From assembly GCA_963713825.1 (NCBI GenBank), contig CAVQNG010000028.1, positions 1 through 26,003 on the forward strand: 26,003 bases of DNA, read 5' to 3'. The position numbers and the translations under genes were made by a program. The notes beneath the pieces are model-generated. The model made no database searches. It saw nothing but the letters and a program-made list of their open reading frames with translations, and was not told the DNA's origin. This document shows, piece by piece, positions 15,894-22,734 of the stretch (position 1 is its first letter; each line of letters opens with the position of its first letter). The stretch is from an uncultured Acidobacteriota bacterium (lineage in GTDB: Bacteria; Acidobacteriota; Thermoanaerobaculia; Multivoradales; JAHEKO01).

Positions 15894-17204
15894 TCAGGCG
15901 CGCGTGTACTTGTCCGCGATCTCACGCCACGGACCTTGGGCGTGCAGCGTGGTGAGGTTCCCGAAATGGCCGGCGAAGGACCGGTCGATGAAGATGATGT
16001 CCTCCGGGAAGTGCGCGTCCATGGACTGGGACCAGTTGGCGGCGCCGAGCTGCATGATCTTTTCGTAGAACTGCTCGTCCTCACCGAAGACGTACGGTGG
16101 ATCCTGCCGCATCATTTCCAGGATCAGGTCGAAGTAGGGATCGATGATGTCTTGGCCGATGGCTACCGGTCCGGTCTGGAAGACACCCAGCTCCAAGAGC
16201 AGGTCGGGTATGTCCTCTCTTTGGTCATCGAGAACAGCACGAACGAGAGCGGTGTAGCCTGTGGCGATCTTTTCGGAAATCCGCTTCATGCAGCCGAAGT
16301 CGTAGACCACCACCCTGCCGTCGTCGAGGAAGGCGAAGTTGGCCAGATTCGGATCGGCGTGCAGGAGGCGGTCATGGAACAGCCCCCGGACCTGGAACTC
16401 GAAGAGCACTCGGCCCCACTCGTTCTTGAGCTCCTGGGGATAACGGTCAGAGATCGCCTCGCGCGGTTTGATGCCTCCGACGAACTCCATCGTCAGCACG
16501 TTCTTGGTGCTCAGCTCGTCGATAACCTGCGGGATCACGATCTCTGGTACGTCGGCGTAGAGAGCCGCCATCTGCCGCATGTTCTCGGCTTCGTGCTCGT
16601 AGTCGAGCTCTTCCAGTAGCCGATCCCGGACTTCCTCCCAGAGCGGCTCGAAGTCGGCCTTGAAGAACATGCTGAACAGCGACTGGAAGAGGCGCTTCAG
16701 GTTCTTGAGATCGGCTTTGACGATGTGGTCGATGGCCGGGTACTGGATCTTGACGGCCGCGGGGCGGCCGTCCTTCAACGTGGCTCTGTGGACCTGCCCG
16801 ATGGAAGCCGAGGCGTAGGCTTCCTCATCGAAATCGGCGAACAGCTCTCCGATCGGCGCCTTCAGAGCTCCTTCCACCTCGTAGCGCATCACCTCGGTGG
16901 GCACGCTGGGAGCCTTCTGCTGCAAGAGGGACAGCACCTCCGCGACTTCGGGAGGCAGCATCGACTCGTGCAGACTGAGCATCTGACCCACCTTCATGGC
17001 GGCACCCTTCATCTCGCCCAGCGTCTCGACGATGCGGAGGGCATTTTTGACCATGTTCTCGGTTTGTCGCAGCTGCTTGGTGGGTCCCGAGAACGCAAAG
17101 TCGATGGCTCGCTCGGTAGCCACGGAGGTGCCGACGCGGCCCATCAAGCTACCGATCTTGACGATGCGTCCGAGGGACGAAGTCGTGGGTTTCTTCTCAG
17201 TCAT
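15894..17204 (-). CDS. ABC1/UbiB/AarF (ADCK) family atypical kinase
   Basis: MKGAAMKVGQMLS (KxGQ), ASASIGQVHRA, AVKIQYP, EELDYEHEA, HADPNLANF, YDFGCM. Confidence 0.93.
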   Translation of the reverse strand: MTEKKPTTSSLGRIVKIGSLMGRVGTSVATERAIDFAFSGPTKQLRQTENMVKNALRIVETLGEMKGAAMKVGQMLSLHESMLPPEVAEVLSLLQQKAPSVPTEVMRYEVEGALKAPIGELFADFDEEAYASASIGQVHRATLKDGRPAAVKIQYPAIDHIVKADLKNLKRLFQSLFSMFFKADFEPLWEEVRDRLLEELDYEHEAENMRQMAALYADVPEIVIPQVIDELSTKNVLTMEFVGGIKPREAISDRYPQELKNEWGRVLFEFQVRGLFHDRLLHADPNLANFAFLDDGRVVVYDFGCMKRISEKIATGYTALVRAVLDDQREDIPDLLLELGVFQTGPVAIGQDIIDPYFDLILEMMRQDPPYVFGEDEQFYEKIMQLGAANWSQSMDAHFPEDIIFIDRSFAGHFGNLTTLHAQGPWREIADKYTRA

Positions 17205-17438
17205 CGGGTTCTTCCCGTCACTCGCATGCCTTCCACCGAGTGTGATCGATTCTATTCGCTAGGCAGCAGAGCTGTTCGGAAGCGCCCCGACCGTGTTCGG
17301 AGTTGGGACGGATTCTGGCCGCCAGGCGCGACAGATCCTTGAGTTCAGGGCCTCTGGCCTCTTGGCCTGCATCTTGCTGTCAATGCCCTATCGATGGCAG
17401 CTCATCCCTGATCACAAGAGGAACAAGGGAGCCTCGAT

Positions 17439-19895
17439 ATGAGCACCGATCAGCCTCGACACCCATCGCGCCCTGGCATCTTCACCGACCTCGGTCCCGA
17501 CATCCGATTCGGTCTCCGGAATCTCGTTCGGCGGCCCGCCTTCGCGGCGATCGTCGTCTTGACCCTGGCGATCGGCATCGGCGCGACGACGGCCATGTAC
17601 AGCACCATTGATGCGGTGCTCTTGAGTCGGCTCCGATTCGAGGCGCCAGACCGTCTGGTGCTCGGAAGGGGAACGGATACCAATGGCCTGATACCGCAGG
17701 TCTCCGGGTACGACTACTACGACTACCGCGAGCAGAACCAGAGCTTCGAATCGCTGGCTGCCCTGACCAACTTCACTGTCCCAGTCACGATTCTGGGGGA
17801 CGCCGAGCCGGAACGTGCAACGGCCACGCTGGTGACCTGGGACCTCTTTCAGACTCTGGGTGTCGTTCCTGTAGCGGGGCGGCTCTTTTCAGCCGAGGAA
17901 GCATCGGAAGGCCGCGACACGGCACTCTTGATCAGCCACTCCTATTGGCAGAGCCGATTCGGAGGATCGCCAGAGGCCGTCGGCAGCACCCTGAACCTGA
18001 GCCTGGGTGGTCCCCATACCGTTATAGGAGTCATGCCAGCCGGATTTCACTTCTTGCGGCAATCCGACATCTGGCGGCTCACCTACCGCGACGGCCCGGC
18101 GGCCAACGCCCGGAGGTTTCACAACCTCGTCGTGGTTGGACGACTGAAGCCGGAAACCACCCTGCAGCAGGCCCAGTCGGAGATGGACGCCATCTCGGAG
18201 CGTCTCGAGGAGCTGTATCCAGACACGAATCAAAACAAAGCGCTTCTTCTGACAGGCTTGCATGAGGCCCTGGTAGAGAACGTGCGTCGCAGCCTCCTGA
18301 TGCTGATGGCGGCCTCGATTCTGGTTCTGCTGCTCGCCTGCGGCAATGCGTCCAGTCTTCTTCTGGCGAGGGGTCAAGGTCGCACGGTGGAGATTGCCGT
18401 TCGCTCGGCGATGGGGGCCTCGAGATGGCGTCTGGTCCGCCTCCTGCTTACCGAGAGCATGCTGATGGCGCTCGTGGCCGGGATCCTGGGGCTCGGTCTC
18501 GCTCATCTCTTCCAGAGCCTGTTGACGAGGCTTCTGCCGATGGGAAGGATAGGAATCGACAGTCCGCCGATCGACACCCCCGTTCTGCTCTTCACTCTGG
18601 GCATCTCCATCCTCACCGGGATTGTCTTCGCGACGATTCCTGCTCTTCGTGCCTCGTCGATCGAGCTTGCTCAACACCTCAGTGCCGGTGGTCGGCGCAC
18701 GACGTCGGATCGCAGGACTACCTACTTACGGAACGCGATCGTGGTTCTGCAGGTGGCTGTCTCGGTGATGCTGTTGATCGGCGCCGGACTCCTGATGCGG
18801 AGTCTCGCGAACCAGATGCGGGTCGACTTGGGATTCGAGGCTACCAACCTGCTGACAGCGGAGGTCGAGCTGCCAGAAGAGAGCTATCCCGAGCCCGCAC
18901 AGAGGATCGCTTTCTTCACCTCCCTGGTCGAGGAAGTCGAGGCGGTTCCCGGTGTGGAGGGCGTCGGCCTGGTCAATCGGTTGCCAATTCGTGACAGCGC
19001 AGGCGACACCTACATCCATCCGGTCGGTCAGCCGCCGGATTCGCGGGACAACAGAATTTCGGCTGATTTCCGCCTCATGTTGCCCGGGTACCTCGCCACC
19101 ATGAGAATTCCGCTCCTGGACGGTAGGGACATAGCTGCCAGCGATGGTCCACGGAGCGAGCCGGTGCTGATCCTCAGCGACTCTCTGAGTCGCGTGCTAT
19201 TTGCCGATTCAGATCCGATAGGACAGGAGGTCGTCGTGGATGCCGGCCGGCCGATCACTCTTCGCGTCATCGGCATCGCAGCCGACGCTCGTTTGAACGC
19301 TGTCCGGAGCAGTCCCAGGCATTCCATGTACGCTTCGTATCCTCAGCTGCCGATGGAGAGAATGAAGCTCGCAGTTCGCACCGCTGGACCGCCCACGGAG
19401 TCGATCGGGCCCATCCGCGAGATCTTGGCTCGCAAAGATCACAACATCCCCTTGGCGGAGCCGGCTTCGATGGAGTCGATCATCGATGAGGCGATTGCCG
19501 ACTCCCGTGTGGTCACGCTATCCCTTGGCGTCTTCTCGGCCATCGCGCTGCTGCTCTCTCTGGTCGGGCTCTATGGAGTGCTCAGCTATTTTGTGAACGA
19601 GCGGCATCAGGAGATTGGTGTGAGGATGGCCCTCGGTGCCAGTGCCCGCCAAGTGGTGAGCTTCGTTCTCTCTCGAGCGATGGCAATGGTCGCCATCGGT
19701 CTGATATTCGGGTTGGTCGGATCCTTCTGGGCCTCCCGGCTCATTCAGCGCCTACTCTTTCAGGTCGAGTCGGCAGACCCTTCGACGATGGGTGCGGTGA
19801 CGCTCTCTTTTGTCGTAGTGGCACTCATGACTTGCGCCCTGCCCGCCTGGCGTGCCTCGCGGGTCGACCCGGCGAGTGCCCTGCAGGCTGAGTGA
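17439..19895 (+). CDS. ABC transporter permease, duplicated MacB/FtsX type (ADOP family)
   Basis: DIRFGLRNLVRRPAF..LTLAIGIGATTAMYS; EIAVRSAMGASRWRLVRLLLTES; LYGVLSYFV..R..EIGVRMALGA; PAWRASRVDPASALQAE; AAGGGAG RBS. Confidence 0.93.
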   Translation: MSTDQPRHPSRPGIFTDLGPDIRFGLRNLVRRPAFAAIVVLTLAIGIGATTAMYSTIDAVLLSRLRFEAPDRLVLGRGTDTNGLIPQVSGYDYYDYREQNQSFESLAALTNFTVPVTILGDAEPERATATLVTWDLFQTLGVVPVAGRLFSAEEASEGRDTALLISHSYWQSRFGGSPEAVGSTLNLSLGGPHTVIGVMPAGFHFLRQSDIWRLTYRDGPAANARRFHNLVVVGRLKPETTLQQAQSEMDAISERLEELYPDTNQNKALLLTGLHEALVENVRRSLLMLMAASILVLLLACGNASSLLLARGQGRTVEIAVRSAMGASRWRLVRLLLTESMLMALVAGILGLGLAHLFQSLLTRLLPMGRIGIDSPPIDTPVLLFTLGISILTGIVFATIPALRASSIELAQHLSAGGRRTTSDRRTTYLRNAIVVLQVAVSVMLLIGAGLLMRSLANQMRVDLGFEATNLLTAEVELPEESYPEPAQRIAFFTSLVEEVEAVPGVEGVGLVNRLPIRDSAGDTYIHPVGQPPDSRDNRISADFRLMLPGYLATMRIPLLDGRDIAASDGPRSEPVLILSDSLSRVLFADSDPIGQEVVVDAGRPITLRVIGIAADARLNAVRSSPRHSMYASYPQLPMERMKLAVRTAGPPTESIGPIREILARKDHNIPLAEPASMESIIDEAIADSRVVTLSLGVFSAIALLLSLVGLYGVLSYFVNERHQEIGVRMALGASARQVVSFVLSRAMAMVAIGLIFGLVGSFWASRLIQRLLFQVESADPSTMGAVTLSFVVVALMTCALPAWRASRVDPASALQAE

Positions 19896-19922
19896 ACCCC
19901 TGCAAACCGACGTTCTTGTTGG

Positions 19923-19964
19923 ATTCCCACTGCTCTGCTACCAAGGGCTGAGCAGTGAGAATTT
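19923..19964 (+). terminator. Possible stem-loop terminator after the ADOP gene
   Basis: ATTC-c-CACTGCTC ... GAGCAGTG-a-GAAT inverted repeat (12 of 13 bp paired) with only a short T run after it. Confidence 0.4.
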
Positions 19965-19991
19965 GACAAATTTATATCGTGTTGCTATATA
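19963..19991 (+). promoter_or_regulatory. Housekeeping sigma70 promoter of padR
   Basis: TTGACA (19963-19968), 17-bp spacer, then TGc-TATATA (extended -10, 19986-19991), in an AT-rich island. Confidence 0.75.
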
Positions 19992-20006
19992 TAGAGGCAC
20001 AATATA
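19973..20006. promoter_or_regulatory. Two overlapping TATAT-N9-ATATA palindromes, the probable PadR autoregulatory operator
   Basis: TATATcgtgttgctATATA (19973-19991) and TATATagaggcacaATATA (19988-20006) straddle the -10 element directly upstream of padR. Confidence 0.6.
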
Positions 20007-20085
20007 TCGATGATCACAGTATCTCTCTGACCTCTTGGCTGACGAACCCACGGAATCACCGACCAGCAAGAGTCCTTCGACACCG

Positions 20086-20415
20086 ATGTTGGATATCCAG
20101 AATCTGAGCCGCAGCTGTAATGAGGTCCTGATTCTTTCGACCCTCTCATCGGGGCCCCGCCACGGCTACCAGCTAGCCCTCGAGCTCGAAGAGAACAGTC
20201 GTAGTGCGTTCCGATTCAAGCACGGCACGCTCTACCCGATCCTGCACAAACTGGAAAACGATGGTCTGATCCGTGGCGATTGGCTCGAGGAAGAGGGCAA
20301 GCGGAGACGTAAGAGCTATCAATTGACCGCGGCCGGCCGCCACCGGCTGAGTGAACAGGTCGTCGAGTGGAGTGAGTTCTTCGAGCGCTTCTTCAACGTC
20401 GTCGTGGAGAGTTGA
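20086..20415 (+). CDS. PadR-family transcriptional regulator
   Basis: LILSTLSSGPRHGYQL...FKHGTLYPILHKLENDGLI...RRRKSYQLTAAGR winged-helix signature. The start is either ATG 20086 or TTG 20035. Confidence 0.92.
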   Translation: MLDIQNLSRSCNEVLILSTLSSGPRHGYQLALELEENSRSAFRFKHGTLYPILHKLENDGLIRGDWLEEEGKRRRKSYQLTAAGRHRLSEQVVEWSEFFERFFNVVVES

Positions 20416-20418
20416 ACG

Positions 20419-20622
20419 ATGAAACGTTTCGCACGTGTCCTCAGTGAGATCCATGATCAGCTGCAGATCCCGGAACCCTCGCGTACCAGGGTCCTGCTGG
20501 AGATGGCCTCGGACCTGGAAGACAGCGATCAGAGTCGGAGTCTTCGTCGGAGTCGGCTACGCGCACGTCGAGTCGAGGCTGTTCGACATGTGGCTGCGTC
20601 GACGCCATTGACCAGTCGATAG
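20419..20622 (+). pseudogene. Probable truncated remnant of the PadR-associated partner gene
   Basis: Starts 3 bp after padR with a GGAG RBS. The first ~35 aa (MKRFARVLSEIHDQLQIPEPSRTRVLLEMASDLED) look like a HAAS/permease-prefix-type helical domain. The sequence then becomes Arg/Ser-rich and non-protein-like and stops with no TM segments. Confidence 0.5.
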
Positions 20623-20724
20623 GATGCACCTGCGAACACCTGCAACAGTCTTCCCGAGCAAATTGACCTAGAATCCCCGGTTGGGGCGCGGTGGGTTCTT
20701 TGCGTCCGGCCGGAGGTCAAGCTA

Positions 20725-22704
20725 ATGAGAATCGGAAATCCGAGTTGCACGCCGGTTGTACTCGTGCTCGCTCTGCTCGCTGGTGCGTCGGCGGCTCCTT
20801 TGTCCGCTCAGTCCGAGATGCCACCACCAGAGCCTGAAGTGGGCGAATCGGAGGCAGAGCCAACCGAAGAGGACGTGCATCTCCTTTCCGATGTCGAGCT
20901 GCTCCTGAAGTACGAGAGAGTCAAAGAGCTGGATCAAGCCAAGCTGGAGAAGGTCCGAAAGGAGCTCGAGGAACAACAGGCGCTCTTCGATGTCATCAGG
21001 ACAACGACCTACGATCTCACAGTCGAGCTGGAGGAGAAGCAGAAGGAGCTCGAGAAGCTCGGTGAGGCTGAGGAAGCCGACACGAGATCGGCTCTAGAAG
21101 CCGTGATCAGCGATCTCCAGAAGGACTTGGAGCTCTACAAGGCGCAATCGGATTTGGAGCTGACGGCCGAGACCAATCTGCGACGGCAGATCGAATCCCT
21201 GGAGAAGAAGCAGGAGCGCGAACAGCGGGCGATCGATACTCTGCGGGGTGTTGAACCAAGCGCGCCGAAGCCGGCTCCTGTGTCCGAGCCCGAGGCAACC
21301 ACCGAAGCTTCGGGCGGCCTATCGGTTCCGATGCCGGGTGTACCCGCAGTATCGGATGGCAGAGCTGTTGCTACGCCGGCGACGACCAGGCCGCGACTCG
21401 AGACAACAGCGCAAGTCGAAGCCAAGAGGAACCTGGATCGCAAGCAAGTCGAGGTCGAATCTGCCGAACTGGCGGTCGTCGAGTACGTCAAGCGCCGAGA
21501 ATCTCTGCAGGAGCAGATCGAGTTCGAGACCGTGCTGCTCGAGACGACGGAGCAATCGGTGAAGAACCTCGAGAAGGCAGGACAACACTGGCAGGAGCAA
21601 GCGGCTCGGAGAACCGAAGCAGGGGCCGATCCTGCGGATGTCGAGAAGCTCCAGAAAGACGCGGCAGCCGTCGAAGTGGTGCTGGAAGCGAGGCGGAACA
21701 GAGTTGAGGAGCGACGGGAGTATCTCGCCTCGCTCGTACAGCGCCTGGAGGCCCAGAAGTCAGAAGAAGGACTCGTAATGGAGCAGCTCGAAGAAGGGCG
21801 CCGAGAGGTCAAGAAGGCGCAGGAGAGACTGTACTGGCTGGAGAGCCCGATCCATCCCGCCAATGTCTCGCGATGGTTCCGGGACCGGGGTCCTCGCATT
21901 CTCTTCGTCATTGTCGTGGCAGCAGTCCTTCTCTTTCTGTTGAAGGTGTCGGCTCGCACCGTAGCCAGGCTCACGGTTCGCAAACGCAGGGGGGATCGTG
22001 CTCCCACGGTCAGACGGGCCGACACGTTGGCATTGAGTTTTCGTAGTGCAGCCTCCCTTCTTATTGTGGTCGGCGGGACCATCCTCGTCCTGCAGGAGGC
22101 GGGGATCGACGTCAAGACGGTCCTTGGAGGTGCCGCAATTCTCGGCTTGGCCCTGGCTTTCGGCGCTCAAAACCTGATGCGGGACTACTTCACCGGATTC
22201 ATGATTCTGCTGGAAGATCAGTATGAGCTGGGAGATCTCGTCTCGATCGGTGACGTCACCGGCAGGGTCGAGATGGTGAACATGCGGACCACAATGCTGC
22301 GCGATCTCGAGGGCAGGGTTCACTTCATCCCCAACGGTGAGGTCAAATCGGTAACGAACCGTTCCTACGTGTGGGGCAGAGCGGTAGTCGAGGTTCCCGT
22401 GGGCTACAAAGAGAACGTGGATCGGGTAATGGCGGTCCTCCTCGAAGTTGCCGCAGAGCTTCGAGACGATCCGGATTTTGGTCCCTGGGTGACCAATGAG
22501 CCCGTGATGCTCGGAGTCGACCGGTTCACTGAGTTCGGCGTCATCATCAAGTTCATCATCGAGACACTGCCGGACAAGATGTTCCCGGTCCGACGAGAGA
22601 TGCTACGGCGGGTCAAGAACGAGTTCGACAAGGTGGGAATCGAGATTTCCGTCCCCTACCGGATGAATCTGCAACCGAAAGCGGATGAGCCTGACCTGAC
22701 CTGA
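20725..22704 (+). CDS. MscS-family mechanosensitive channel with a large N-terminal exported coiled-coil region
   Basis: Signal peptide ending PLSA-Q; Glu/Lys/Gln-rich heptads; MscS core GLALAFGAQNLMRDYFTGFMILLEDQYELGD..G.V..VNMRTT.LRDLEGRVHFIPNG; GGAGG RBS. Confidence 0.9.
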   Translation: MRIGNPSCTPVVLVLALLAGASAAPLSAQSEMPPPEPEVGESEAEPTEEDVHLLSDVELLLKYERVKELDQAKLEKVRKELEEQQALFDVIRTTTYDLTVELEEKQKELEKLGEAEEADTRSALEAVISDLQKDLELYKAQSDLELTAETNLRRQIESLEKKQEREQRAIDTLRGVEPSAPKPAPVSEPEATTEASGGLSVPMPGVPAVSDGRAVATPATTRPRLETTAQVEAKRNLDRKQVEVESAELAVVEYVKRRESLQEQIEFETVLLETTEQSVKNLEKAGQHWQEQAARRTEAGADPADVEKLQKDAAAVEVVLEARRNRVEERREYLASLVQRLEAQKSEEGLVMEQLEEGRREVKKAQERLYWLESPIHPANVSRWFRDRGPRILFVIVVAAVLLFLLKVSARTVARLTVRKRRGDRAPTVRRADTLALSFRSAASLLIVVGGTILVLQEAGIDVKTVLGGAAILGLALAFGAQNLMRDYFTGFMILLEDQYELGDLVSIGDVTGRVEMVNMRTTMLRDLEGRVHFIPNGEVKSVTNRSYVWGRAVVEVPVGYKENVDRVMAVLLEVAAELRDDPDFGPWVTNEPVMLGVDRFTEFGVIIKFIIETLPDKMFPVRREMLRRVKNEFDKVGIEISVPYRMNLQPKADEPDLT

Positions 22705-22709
22705 CCTGA
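22690..22709 (+). repeat. (CCTGA)x4 tandem repeat spanning the mscS stop codon
   Basis: cctga cctga cctga cctga read directly from the sequence. Confidence 0.8.
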
Positions 22710-22734
22710 TCGGATTCCCGAGGCCCTTCGATCC

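Noticed and set aside
15857-16084. N-terminal extension of the GT2 ORF
   Set aside because: Overlaps the ABC1 kinase 3' end; a good RBS and ATG exist at 15856.
15894-17204. Assigning the symbol ubiB
   Set aside because: The family is clear, but there is no ubiE/ubiJ context, so orthology is unsupported.
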